Source: Methanomassiliicoccaceae archaeon (GTDB lineage Archaea; Thermoplasmatota; Thermoplasmata; Methanomassiliicoccales; Methanomassiliicoccaceae). From it: 64,000 nt of DNA. Shown one piece after another: positions 21,245 to 30,519 of the stretch. Both the position numbers and the translations under genes were made by a program. The notes below the pieces were generated by a model, which searched no databases, had not been told where the DNA came from, and saw only the letters and a list, made by a program, of their open reading frames with translations. Location of the stretch: NCBI GenBank assembly GCA_040776945.1, contig JAXGZN010000002.1, forward strand, positions 256,001 through 320,000. Reading direction: 5' to 3'. Each line of letters opens with the position of its first letter. The stretch's first letter is position 1.

Positions 21245-21474
21245 ATGTCGAATCGCGACATATTTGCCACTATAAAGGGGCTCTCCCAGGATTCCACCCG
21301 GCGAACACGATCGGCGCGCATCCCGCCGGCCGCCTGGAGGACGCATTTCGGGCCGGTAGCGGAGACGATCATGGAAGGCGGTCTTCGCGGGAGGACATCG
21401 GATGTCTCGCCATCCTCTTCCCGCCGGCCGTTCAGGGCAATCTTATAACCTTCCTAAGACAATCGTTCATCTCG

Positions 21475-22389
21475 ATGAAGCTGCTGATCATCGGCGGGAC
21501 CGGCCTGCTCGGCCAGTACCTCGTGCTCGAGGCCTCCCAGCGCGGGATGGACGTCATAGCGACCTACCACGATAACGATGCCAAGATAGGCACCAGGACC
21601 CTCGTACACATGGATGTGAGGGACGAGGCCGAGGTCAACGAGGTCGTCCGTTCATCTGCGCCGCAGGCGGTCGTCCACGCCGCCGGGATCACCGACCTGG
21701 ACCGTTGCGAGAACAACCCGCAGGAGGCTTGGGAGGTGAACGCCGAGGGCACGTACAACGTGGCGTCGGCCTGCAAGAGGGCCGGCATCCCCCTGATGTA
21801 CATCTCCACCGACGCGGTCTTCAACGGCCAGAAGGGAGAGAGGTACTACGAGTTCGATACCCCCGACCCCCCGGGCATCTACGCGCAGACCAAGCTGGAG
21901 GCCGAGCGCCTCACGCTGGACGCGGACCACCGCAACACCGTGGCCAGGATATCGCTCCTCTACGGTTGGAACCGCCTCTCGGAGAAGCGCACATTCGTCA
22001 CCTGGCTCATCGATGAGCTGCGCGCCGGGCATACGGTGGAGCTGTTCACCGACCGCCGCACCACGCCCACCTACGCCCCCAACTGTGCCCATGTGCTGCT
22101 GAGGATGGTCCTGGGCGGGAGCAGGGGAGTGTACCATGTGGCGGGAGCGGACTGCATGGACCGCTACGAGATGGGGATGGCCATAGCCAACGTGTTCGAC
22201 CTGAGATGCTCCCTGTGCAAGCATGGGAGCATGCGCAGCGCGAACTTCCCGGCGAGGCGGGGAGCGAACCTATGCCTTTCGTCGCAGAAGGCGGAGGCCG
22301 AGTTCGATCTCCGCACGATGGGCTTCCGCGACGGCCTCAAGGCCATGCGCTCCACCGAGCCTGGGAGCGAGCCGGACCCCGATTGGTGA
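21475..22389 (+). CDS. rfbD: dTDP-4-dehydrorhamnose reductase-like SDR
   Basis: GGTGLLG, VN..GT, ISTDAVFNG, YAQTK, PTY motifs. Confidence 0.85.
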   Translation: MKLLIIGGTGLLGQYLVLEASQRGMDVIATYHDNDAKIGTRTLVHMDVRDEAEVNEVVRSSAPQAVVHAAGITDLDRCENNPQEAWEVNAEGTYNVASACKRAGIPLMYISTDAVFNGQKGERYYEFDTPDPPGIYAQTKLEAERLTLDADHRNTVARISLLYGWNRLSEKRTFVTWLIDELRAGHTVELFTDRRTTPTYAPNCAHVLLRMVLGGSRGVYHVAGADCMDRYEMGMAIANVFDLRCSLCKHGSMRSANFPARRGANLCLSSQKAEAEFDLRTMGFRDGLKAMRSTEPGSEPDPDW

Positions 22390-22450
22390 TCCCCGGCTCA
22401 GGGAAAATGATATTATATCAATTATCCGCTCATAAGCGAGAGGCATTTTT

Positions 22451-23029
22451 ATGAGCAAGACCGCAGAAAACTTAGCCAAGGCCTTCCTGGGAGAGAGCCA
22501 GGCCCGCAACCGCTACTCCATGTTCGCCTCGGTGGCGAGGAAGGAGGGCTACGAGCAGATCGCTGAGATCTTCCAGCTCACGGCCGACCAGGAGAAGGAG
22601 CACGCCAAGCAGCTGTACGTGTACCTGAACGGCATGAGGGCCCGGGGCGACTTCGTCGAGCTCAAGGTGGAGGCCGAGGTCCCCGTGGTGTACGGCACCA
22701 CCGCCGAGAACCTACGGGCGGCCATCGCCGGGGAGAACTACGAGCACACCTCCATGTACCCCGAGTTCGCCGCCGTGGCTGACGAAGAGGGCTTCAGCGA
22801 CATCGCCTTCCGCATGAGGGCCATAAGCAAGGCCGAGGAGCACCACGAGGAAAGGTACATCAAGCTGCTGAAGCAGGTGGAGGCCGGCACGGTGTTCAAG
22901 AAAGGGGAGCCGATCTGGTGGACCTGCCGGGAGTGCGGGTACATCCACTACGGCACCGAGGCTCCGGCCAAGTGCCCTTCCTGCGATCATCCCCAGTCGT
23001 TCTACGAGCGGAAATATGAGGAGTACTAG
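22451..23029 (+). CDS. rbr: Rubrerythrin
   Basis: [31 protein letters not shown]...CPSC. Confidence 0.95.
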   Translation: MSKTAENLAKAFLGESQARNRYSMFASVARKEGYEQIAEIFQLTADQEKEHAKQLYVYLNGMRARGDFVELKVEAEVPVVYGTTAENLRAAIAGENYEHTSMYPEFAAVADEEGFSDIAFRMRAISKAEEHHEERYIKLLKQVEAGTVFKKGEPIWWTCRECGYIHYGTEAPAKCPSCDHPQSFYERKYEEY

Positions 23030-23040
23030 GAGTGAGAACA

Positions 23041-23433
23041 ATGACATTGGTCAACGAGGTCTATAAGTGCATGGTCTGCGGCAACGTGGTCGAAGTGCTC
23101 CACAGCGGGCCAGGCCAGCTGGTATGCTGCGGAAAGCCGATGGAGAACATGAAGGCCAATACTGTGGACGCGTCCAAGGAGAAGCATGTCCCGGTGGTGG
23201 AGAGGATCGACGGCGGCATCAAGGTGACCGTGGGCTCGGTGGCGCATCCCATGGAGGAGAAGCACTATATCGAGTGGATCGAGGTGGTGGCCGACGGAAA
23301 GGTGTACCGGGAGAACCTAAGGCCGGGAATGGCGCCTCAGGCGGTCTTCCGCATCGAGCCCAAGGTGTTCCATGTACGGGAGTACTGCAACATCCACGGC
23401 CTGTGGCGGTGGGACCCCCCTCACAGCGGATGA
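23041..23433 (+). CDS. dfx: Desulfoferrodoxin (superoxide reductase)
   Basis: [19 protein letters not shown]...[13 protein letters not shown] motifs. Confidence 0.95.
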   Translation: MTLVNEVYKCMVCGNVVEVLHSGPGQLVCCGKPMENMKANTVDASKEKHVPVVERIDGGIKVTVGSVAHPMEEKHYIEWIEVVADGKVYRENLRPGMAPQAVFRIEPKVFHVREYCNIHGLWRWDPPHSG

Positions 23434-23461
23434 ACCGGGCCCCGGCCCGCTTTTTTTCTTC
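23434..23461 (+). terminator. T-tract terminator
   Basis: GC-rich run followed by TTTTTTTCTT right after the dfx stop. Confidence 0.55.
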
Positions 23462-23667
23462 ACGAACGGGCCGCCGATCGCGCCAGGGCGCATCATGAAC
23501 GTGCCTGGGCGGTCCGCGGCCCGGGCCGGTGCCCTCGAAGGCGGACCGCCCGCCCAGCGGGCGCTCCCCTCCGGCCGTTCGGCGGCGTTCCTTCGGCGCC
23601 TTCGTTCCATTAAGGGCCAGGCTTTTTAATAGGTCCCTGCATCTAAATCAGCAAGTTCCGGACGTCG

Positions 23668-24822
23668 ATGCTTATGGATACCAAGGCCCCCCGTATTGGA
23701 GTTTTCTTCTGCGACTGCGGCGAGACCATAAAAGACCTTATCGATTACGATGAGCTGAAGGACTTCGCGAGATCGCTGGACGGGGTCGAGCACATCAGCC
23801 AGCATGGCCTGCTCTGCTCACCCCAGTCCCTGAAGGACGTGGCCAGCGAGATAAAGGCCCACGGACTGGACCGCGCGGTGATAGCCGCCTGCTCGCCCCG
23901 CATCTACCTCGACGAGTTCAGGGAGGCGGCCCGCCGAGGGGGCATCAACCCCTACATGGTGGAGCAGACCAACCTCCGCGAGCAGGTTGCGTGGATACAT
24001 TCCAAGGACGTCAAGGCCGCGACGGAGAAGGCCAAGGACCAGCTGCTGATGTCCATCGAGCGGTCCAGGAGGATGAGGCCGTCGGAGTTCGGCCCGGCGG
24101 CGGTCGTGAACACCGACCAGTGCTCCGGCTGCGGCGTCTGCGCCACAACCTGCCGCGCCGGAGCGATCACGTTCAAGGTGATCGAGGGCGGACACCGAGT
24201 GGCCGAGGTGGACCGAAGCGAGTGCAAGGCCTGCGGCGCCTGCGTTGCCGCCTGCCCCTCCGGGGCGATGAACCTCGAGGGCTTCACCAATGAGGAGATA
24301 ATCGCCGAGATCGACGCCTTCACCGAAGGCTTCCTCGAGTCCAAGGAACCGTTCCCTGCCGTCCTGGTGTTCGCCTGCCACTGGTGCTCCTATCCCGCGG
24401 CGGACCTCGCCGGGCTGAAGCGGCTCCAGCAGAGCCCGAGCTTCAGGATGATCCGCACTCCCTGCTCGGCGCGCGTGGACCCTGAATGGATCATGCACGC
24501 CCTGTCCCGGGGCGTCGACGGCGTGATGGTCCTCGGCGGAAAGGAGGGCGCGTGCCACTACCAGGGAGGGAACGTGAAGACCAGGAACCGCATGGCCCTG
24601 CTGCTCAAGGTCATCGAGCAGCTGGGATTCGATCCCCGGCGCGTCCGGATCGAATGGGTCAATTCGGACGAGCCGTACCGCTTCCGCAACACCGTGGACG
24701 ACTTCGTGGCCAATGTCCGCGAGCTTGGTCCGAACCCCTCCCGGGCACCGGCGGAGGAGGACAGAATGACCTCCGCGCTGTACCACGGGCGGGACGAGCT
24801 GGCGCACCCGTCGTACCGCTGA
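23668..24822 (+). CDS. HdrA N-terminal domain + 2x[4Fe-4S] ferredoxin + MvhD-like fusion (no FAD domain)
   Basis: IGVFFCDCG, AACSPR, NLREQ, ATEKAKD; CSGCGVC..TC and CKACGACVAACP; FACHWCSYPAAD, PCSARVD, GACHY. Confidence 0.85.
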   Translation: MLMDTKAPRIGVFFCDCGETIKDLIDYDELKDFARSLDGVEHISQHGLLCSPQSLKDVASEIKAHGLDRAVIAACSPRIYLDEFREAARRGGINPYMVEQTNLREQVAWIHSKDVKAATEKAKDQLLMSIERSRRMRPSEFGPAAVVNTDQCSGCGVCATTCRAGAITFKVIEGGHRVAEVDRSECKACGACVAACPSGAMNLEGFTNEEIIAEIDAFTEGFLESKEPFPAVLVFACHWCSYPAADLAGLKRLQQSPSFRMIRTPCSARVDPEWIMHALSRGVDGVMVLGGKEGACHYQGGNVKTRNRMALLLKVIEQLGFDPRRVRIEWVNSDEPYRFRNTVDDFVANVRELGPNPSRAPAEEDRMTSALYHGRDELAHPSYR

Positions 24823-24917
24823 ACGGCCGCCGTCCGAAACCCCTTCCGACATTTTATCGTCCACAGGAGGCGCGTCCGTCCCTCCAAGGCATTGGATTTA
24901 TGTGGCCCCCGCTCCCA

Positions 24918-25238
24918 ATGGAGCAACGAGGCATGAGAATGCAAGGACCACAGAGCGGAAGACGCCGCCGCAAGTACGGGCCCATGACCCCCTGGTGGCC
25001 CCCATGGTACGACCCCCGGTACGGGGCTCCCCCCGACGTGCTCTACCCTGGAATGAATCCCTGGAACCCCTTCGCCCCGGCGATGCCCCACCGCCTTGAG
25101 GATGAGATCACTTGGCTCGAGGAACGGCTGGAGGACCTGGAGGACGAGAAGGTGGAGATCGAGCGGGCCATCGAGGACGTGAAGAAGGAGATCGAGCGGA
25201 AGAAGCGGGACATCAAGGAGCAGGCGGACGTGCGATGA
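24918..25238 (+). CDS. Small Pro/Trp-rich + coiled-coil protein (DUF5320-like)
   Basis: 3' part of ORF 24486..25238; EITWLEERLEDLEDEK heptads; start uncertain. Confidence 0.6.
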   Translation: MEQRGMRMQGPQSGRRRRKYGPMTPWWPPWYDPRYGAPPDVLYPGMNPWNPFAPAMPHRLEDEITWLEERLEDLEDEKVEIERAIEDVKKEIERKKRDIKEQADVR

Positions 25239-25322
25239 CCGAAGCGAAGCAGGGGAACGGCGGGGCCGCCGCCTATCGGAGCGGTCGGAACTAGAGAAGT
25301 AAGAAAGGAAAGGGGAAAAGGT

Positions 25323-26849
25323 TTATTCTTCTGGTTCGGCCCGCCTCTGCTCCGTCTTGGAGTTCGCAGCGCTCCCCTCCCCCATCATGGAGACGCCCAT
25401 GGTGACGGCGAACCCGAGGGGGATGGACACGATGCCCGGGTTGTTCAGCGAGAACAGGGCGTCGGGACCCATCATGGTCGGGGATATCACGATGAGCACT
25501 ATGGAGGATATCAGCCCGGCCAGGATGCCGTAGATGAGGCCGTTCTCGGTGGTGCGCTTCCAGAACAGCGTGCACATCAGCGCCGGCAGGTTCGCGGAGG
25601 CAGCGATGGCGAACGCCAGGCCGACCAGGAAGGCCACGTTCTGTCCCTTGGACAGGATCCCCAGCACGATGGCTATGAGCCCCACTCCGATGGCGGTGCC
25701 CTTGGAGATGAGCAGCGAGCGCTTCTCGGACGACTTGTGGCCGAGCACCTCGGCGTAGATGTCGTGCGCGATCGCTCCGGCCGACGCCATGATCAGACCG
25801 GAGACGGTCCCCAGGATGGTGGCGAAGGCGATGGAGGATATGACCGCGTAGAACACGTCCCCTCCGATGTACTGCGCCAGCAGCGGGGCCGTCAGGTTCG
25901 CGTCCGCCGGGTTCAGCGCCCCCGTTATTCCCTGGTTGAAGAAGTAGATCGCTCCCAGGCCAAGGAACAGGATGAGCAGGTAGAATATGCCCATCACGAT
26001 GATGGCGATGACCGTGGACTTGCGGGCGTCCGCCGGCTTGGGCACGGTGAAGTACCGTATGAGGATGTGCGGCAGCGCTGCCGTTCCAAGTATGAGGGCC
26101 ATGGCCAGGGAGACGAAGTCCAGGGGGTCCTTGTACTTCATGCCCGGGGCCATGAACGTCTCGCCCGGCACGGTGGCGCCGCTGGGCAGGGTGATGTTGC
26201 TGCTGATGATGTTGCCGATGAACTCGAACGGCCCCATCCCCGCGGCGACCAGCACTCCGACCGTGAGCGCGATGACCGCGATCAGGAGCATGAATCCCTT
26301 GATGAACTGGACCCAGGTCGTGCTGACCATTCCGGCCGTGGCGACGATGAAGACGACCAGGAGGCCGATGACCACCACTCCGATCTCGTAGTCAAGGCCG
26401 ATGAGCGGACCGACGATCGACCCGGAGCCGACCATCTGCGGTATCAGGTAGAACACGCTGACCACAAGGGTGGATATCGCTGCCGCCAGCCGAATCTTGC
26501 GGCTCTTGAACTTCGAGGTCAGGGCGTCGGCGAAGGTGAACTTGCCGATGGCCCGGAGAGGCTCAGCGATGAGGAACAGCGCGACTATCCAGCCGGCCAG
26601 GAAGCCTATGGCGTAGATGAACCCGTCATATCCGGCAAAGGCCACCAGGCCGGTGATCCCCAGGAACGACGCTGCGCTGAGGTAGTCCCCGGCGATGGCG
26701 AACCCGTTGACGAACCATCTGACGCCTCCTCCGGCAACGTAGTAGTGCCCCGCGGTGCGGACCCGCCGGCCGGCGTAGATCGAAATGGCCAGCGTCAGCA
26801 GGGTGATGGCGATGAAGATCGCCAGCGAGAGAGGGTGTATCTCGGCCAT
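25323..26849 (-). CDS. actP: Cation/acetate symporter (SSS family, ActP-like)
   Basis: NGFAIAGDYLSAASFLG, YLIPQMVG, GM.STTWVQ, GTAALPHIL.RYF, AFAIAASAN motifs. Confidence 0.92.
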   Translation of the reverse strand: MAEIHPLSLAIFIAITLLTLAISIYAGRRVRTAGHYYVAGGGVRWFVNGFAIAGDYLSAASFLGITGLVAFAGYDGFIYAIGFLAGWIVALFLIAEPLRAIGKFTFADALTSKFKSRKIRLAAAISTLVVSVFYLIPQMVGSGSIVGPLIGLDYEIGVVVIGLLVVFIVATAGMVSTTWVQFIKGFMLLIAVIALTVGVLVAAGMGPFEFIGNIISSNITLPSGATVPGETFMAPGMKYKDPLDFVSLAMALILGTAALPHILIRYFTVPKPADARKSTVIAIIVMGIFYLLILFLGLGAIYFFNQGITGALNPADANLTAPLLAQYIGGDVFYAVISSIAFATILGTVSGLIMASAGAIAHDIYAEVLGHKSSEKRSLLISKGTAIGVGLIAIVLGILSKGQNVAFLVGLAFAIAASANLPALMCTLFWKRTTENGLIYGILAGLISSIVLIVISPTMMGPDALFSLNNPGIVSIPLGFAVTMGVSMMGEGSAANSKTEQRRAEPEE

Positions 26850-26850
26850 G

Positions 26851-27567
26851 TCAGCTCGCCTCCTCGGTCCTTCCAGCGTACCAGTTGAAGCCTATGGCCA
26901 GGCCTATGGTCGCTAAGATCAGCACGATCCCGGAAACGGTCCCGACGTTCATGCCCAGCATCGCGGCCTTGAACATGTCCTTGGCGTACGAGCCGGCGAG
27001 GATGAACGCCGCGTAGCCTATGACATAGGCGGCGAAGAGGTACACCCCGATGCGGAACTGCTTCGTCCTGGTGATCGTGCGCACGGCCTTGGCCGGCGTC
27101 TCGGCGATGACCTCCTTGACCATGGAGAGAGCGTTCTTTATCTCTTCGGCGGAAGGCTTGATGACGACCACCGAGGTCGAGGACTGGCCGACAACGGTCT
27201 TGGCCACGCTTCCGAGGTACAGCCGGTTAAGCCCGCGCAGCGATGATGTGCCGAGCACGATAAGCTCGGAGCCCTCCTCGTTCGCGGTCCGTATGATCTC
27301 ACCTGCGACCGAGCCCTCCCTGATGATCACCTTGGTCGGCACCTTGTTCTCGGCCGCCAGCTCCTGGGCGTACTGGACCCCGTCCTGGAACTCCGGCCTC
27401 ATAAGGGCCGAGGACTCGGCCAGGCGCTCGATGCCAACCATCGGCGCCTGCTCCTCGACCCTAAGTATCACGAGCATGGCGCCTCGTTGCTTTGCCATCT
27501 CCACGGCCTTGACTGTGGCGACCAGAGCCGGGGTGGAACCGTCGGTGGGAAGCAAGATGTTCTTCAT
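26851..27567 (-). CDS. Universal stress protein fused to a C-terminal 2-TM DUF485-like segment
   Basis: MKNILLPTDGS, LIVLGT...LGSVAKTV; C-terminal TM-GMNVG-TM-FNWYA. Confidence 0.8.
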   Translation of the reverse strand: MKNILLPTDGSTPALVATVKAVEMAKQRGAMLVILRVEEQAPMVGIERLAESSALMRPEFQDGVQYAQELAAENKVPTKVIIREGSVAGEIIRTANEEGSELIVLGTSSLRGLNRLYLGSVAKTVVGQSSTSVVVIKPSAEEIKNALSMVKEVIAETPAKAVRTITRTKQFRIGVYLFAAYVIGYAAFILAGSYAKDMFKAAMLGMNVGTVSGIVLILATIGLAIGFNWYAGRTEEAS

Positions 27568-27708
27568 GGTCCGTTCACCTCGTCGATCGTCATGCATGCA
27601 CATGTGGAAATCCGTCCCGGAAAAGTCGCGGGGCATTTCTGCTCCCCCCGGGCACCGTTCCCTAAGCAGGCGGTTTGTCGCCCCATGGTGTGTCCGATTG
27701 AAAGAATC

Positions 27709-27806
27709 ATATATAAAAAAGTACCAAGGCCATTACGATATTTGTCGATAAAATACGATTCACTTACGATTCTCGAAATGCGCGCAATAAATACGGATTT
27801 CTACGA
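27709..27806 (-). promoter_or_regulatory. TATA box and phased CGAT/TACGA repeat array upstream of the USP-actP operon
   Basis: TTTTATATA on the minus strand at ~27709-27718; CGAT at 27736, 27746, 27756, 27767. Confidence 0.5.
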
Positions 27807-28136
27807 AATTGGAGATTTGTTATTCAAATGTCGGGCGTAAACTACGGCAGGCGTCGTCACGACCCGCTCCCCCCGGCATCGCCCCTCGGCGCATCTGGCG
27901 CGCCTCGCATGAGCTGTTCCGCCGTTCCCGCGCATCGCAGGGCGGCCCGCGCTTCCAACCATTGCTCCGCCGATGATGGACCGTCGACCTTTAATTATCA
28001 TCGGAATCATCTCTCCCGCCGAGCCGACGGTCCCTGCCGGATCTGGCGCCTATGATGGTCTGGACAGGAAAATATCTGGCAAGATAACATTGAAATATCT
28101 TGCCTTCACAAATGCCAGTTTGCAGAAGGGACGCGC

Positions 28137-28706
28137 ATGACTTCAACACAAGAGGAGCTTAGGCATAGCGTTAATGGGGTGGACGTGAAAAAAATGATGG
28201 AACTCGTTAGGGCGGTGAACGACGACCCGGACAAGGCCTCCTTCACTTTCCATGCGGTCAACGAGTGGATCGACGGTACCCGCAACCAGACCTTGGTTCA
28301 TCGGCTCACCGGGGCCAACGAGGTCGTGGAGAGGGAACGGCCGTTCGTCATAAAGTCGGACGAACCGTCCGTTCTGCTCGGCGAGGACACCGCGCCGAAC
28401 TCGGTGGTGTCCCTGCTCCACTCCCTGGCCTCCTGCCTTTCGGTCACCATCATCTTCAACGCGGCGTCGCGCGGCATGGTGATCGACAAGCTGAGCATCA
28501 CCATGGAGGGGGACCTGGACCTTCACGGCTTCCTCGGGCTCTCCAAGGAGGTGAGACCTGGCTTCCAGGACGTGAGGGTCACAGTGGAACTCCGCTCTGA
28601 GTCGCCGCGCCATGAGATCGAGGCCCTGGTGCGGGACTCGCAGAAGAGGTCCCCCATCCTGGACTCGCTGCGTAACCGGATACCGGTCGAGATCGAGCTG
28701 GCCTGA
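28137..28706 (+). CDS. OsmC-family protein
   Basis: VNGVD, DEP..LGED.APN, LASCL, DLDLHGFLG, RPG, SPI motifs. Confidence 0.88.
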   Translation: MTSTQEELRHSVNGVDVKKMMELVRAVNDDPDKASFTFHAVNEWIDGTRNQTLVHRLTGANEVVERERPFVIKSDEPSVLLGEDTAPNSVVSLLHSLASCLSVTIIFNAASRGMVIDKLSITMEGDLDLHGFLGLSKEVRPGFQDVRVTVELRSESPRHEIEALVRDSQKRSPILDSLRNRIPVEIELA

Positions 28707-29075
28707 TCACTCCGGCGGGGAGGTCTTGGCCGGGGTCTTCGAGGTCTGACAAGCGTCACCGTACTTCTTCATGTAGCGCTTGATGGACGCCTCCACGGTC
28801 CCGTCCTCGTCCTGGATGATCCTTATGTTCCTTGAGCTCAGCTTCTTGACGCCGTGCACCCCGACATAGCCGGTGAGGACGACGTCCGCCTCCAGGGATA
28901 TGACCTGCTCGGCGGCCACTATGCCCGCTCCCTCGGTCGCTACCCCTGCCTTGTTGGAGTGCGCTTCCCAGGACTTGGTGTCCGTATCGTATATGATGAA
29001 GAACGGGGCATGCCCGAACTCTTCCGCGATCAGCGAGTGGATGTCCGGCTCTTCGGCGGTGATGCACAGCTTCAT
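28707..29075 (-). CDS. NifB/NifX-family (dinitrogenase FeMo-cofactor-like) protein
   Basis: MKLCIT, FGHAPFFIIYD, GAGI, VVLTG.VG motifs. Confidence 0.85.
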   Translation of the reverse strand: MKLCITAEEPDIHSLIAEEFGHAPFFIIYDTDTKSWEAHSNKAGVATEGAGIVAAEQVISLEADVVLTGYVGVHGVKKLSSRNIRIIQDEDGTVEASIKRYMKKYGDACQTSKTPAKTSPPE

Positions 29076-29327
29076 TTGGCTTCCTCGCTCCCATATTCTA
29101 AGCTCGCCCTGATAAATCCATTGCGGCCTCCCCCCGGCCTCAAGGCCTATTATCAAGCGATGAAATACCTAAGGCCACCGGTCCGCCCGCCCCCGCCGGC
29201 CTTCCCAGCATTGCGCTCCGTCCCATCATCGAGAGGCGCCTTCACCTCGTCCAGCCCGTCATTAGCACAGTATCATAATGAATAATCTCGATATAAGGAT
29301 TATAATCAGCGGATTTGATTTTCGCTC

Positions 29328-30320
29328 ATGGCCAAGGTGCCCGAGTTCCTGTCACGGTTCAAGCTCAACTACAGCCTCCTGTCGCTGGTCCTAGCGGCCA
29401 TCATCCTTGTCGAAGGAGCAGCGGTCATGGTCATGTCCAGGCAGATCGACCTCATCCAGAACTGGGGTTCCGGCCTGTACCAGGGCACCGTGACGCTGGC
29501 CGGCGCGCAGCTCTTCCTGCTCGGCCTGGCCGCCGTGGCCTGCGTGGTGCTGAACGGCGAGCTGTTCGCCAAGGTCGCCGCCGTACGAAAGGTCCGCAGC
29601 CTCCTGTTCCGGGACCGAGCGTTCTTGTTCCCGCTGTTCAAGCACGCTCCCGCGGTCATCGGCGCGGCCGTCGCCCTCGAGGGGCTGGTCGTTGCCTACT
29701 ATGCCTCTCCCATGGTCGTCACCGGCCTGGGCAACGTGAGGGGCATGTGGCTGGCGGTCTTCGGCGCTCAGCTGTTCATGCTGGGGGCGGGGCTCGCCGC
29801 GGCCAGGGTCCTCGACGGCAGACTGAACCTCCAGCTGCTGGTCCGCTCCGCGGTCCTGCTGGCCTTCGCATCGCTCGGAGTGCTTATCTACGGCCTGGCA
29901 TCGAGGGCCAGCATAACCGGGATTGGCGGCATCCAGGAGAGCACCGTCGAGCTTCTCGGCATACAGATGGCCGCGCTGGCGCTGCTGGGGATAGCGCTTC
30001 TCTGTCTCGGGGACCTTTCCCTCCTCAGGAGAAAGCTCTTCGGATGGAAGCTAGGGACCTTGGGCGTGATCGCCGTGTCTGCAGTCCTGTGCTTCGAGGG
30101 CATGGTCCTTGCCAGCGTGGCTGCGCCCTTCACCCTGGCCTCCATCGGGGGGATGCGGGAGAGCACCATGCTGCTGGCCGGCGTCCTGATCGCGGTACTG
30201 GCGATGATGGTCCCCGCGTCCTATTTCTTCCTGGAAAAGAGGGACATGAACGTGAGGAAGCTGGGATACGCCTCCATGCTGTTCCTCTTCTTCATGCTGC
30301 CGTTCGCCATACTCATGTGA
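29328..30320 (+). CDS. Multi-TM membrane protein with four internal repeats
   Basis: Hydrophobic; repeated G.G.....T..L.G.QL..LG units. Confidence 0.75.
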   Translation: MAKVPEFLSRFKLNYSLLSLVLAAIILVEGAAVMVMSRQIDLIQNWGSGLYQGTVTLAGAQLFLLGLAAVACVVLNGELFAKVAAVRKVRSLLFRDRAFLFPLFKHAPAVIGAAVALEGLVVAYYASPMVVTGLGNVRGMWLAVFGAQLFMLGAGLAAARVLDGRLNLQLLVRSAVLLAFASLGVLIYGLASRASITGIGGIQESTVELLGIQMAALALLGIALLCLGDLSLLRRKLFGWKLGTLGVIAVSAVLCFEGMVLASVAAPFTLASIGGMRESTMLLAGVLIAVLAMMVPASYFFLEKRDMNVRKLGYASMLFLFFMLPFAILM

Positions 30321-30411
30321 ACGGCCATCCTCCTTCTTTTTTCAATCTAGCTCCTGTAAAGCGAGAAATCCGTGTAATAGTGTTATCTATTGTGAGAACA
30401 TTACAATATAT

Positions 30412-30497
30412 GTAGGAAGGACTAGCTCCTTCCTTATGAACGACGGGTTCTATGCTTCCGGGGCAAGCCCCCCTCGCCCCGGAAGTCTATTTTTTTT
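30412..30497 (+). ncRNA. Candidate small RNA: two hairpins plus U-tract
   Basis: AGGAAGGA/TCCTTCCT stem (30414-30434); CTTCCGGGGC/GCCCCGGAAG stem (30455-30485) followed by a T8 run. Confidence 0.45.
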
Positions 30498-30519
30498 ATA
30501 TCGCCTCTAAAACCAGGGG

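Noticed and set aside
23027-23035. Other TAG-terminated genes (rbr, 4445, 10832, 58848, 59913, 61117) as pyrrolysine candidates
   Set aside because: The proteins are complete at TAG and the extensions are short or not homolog-like
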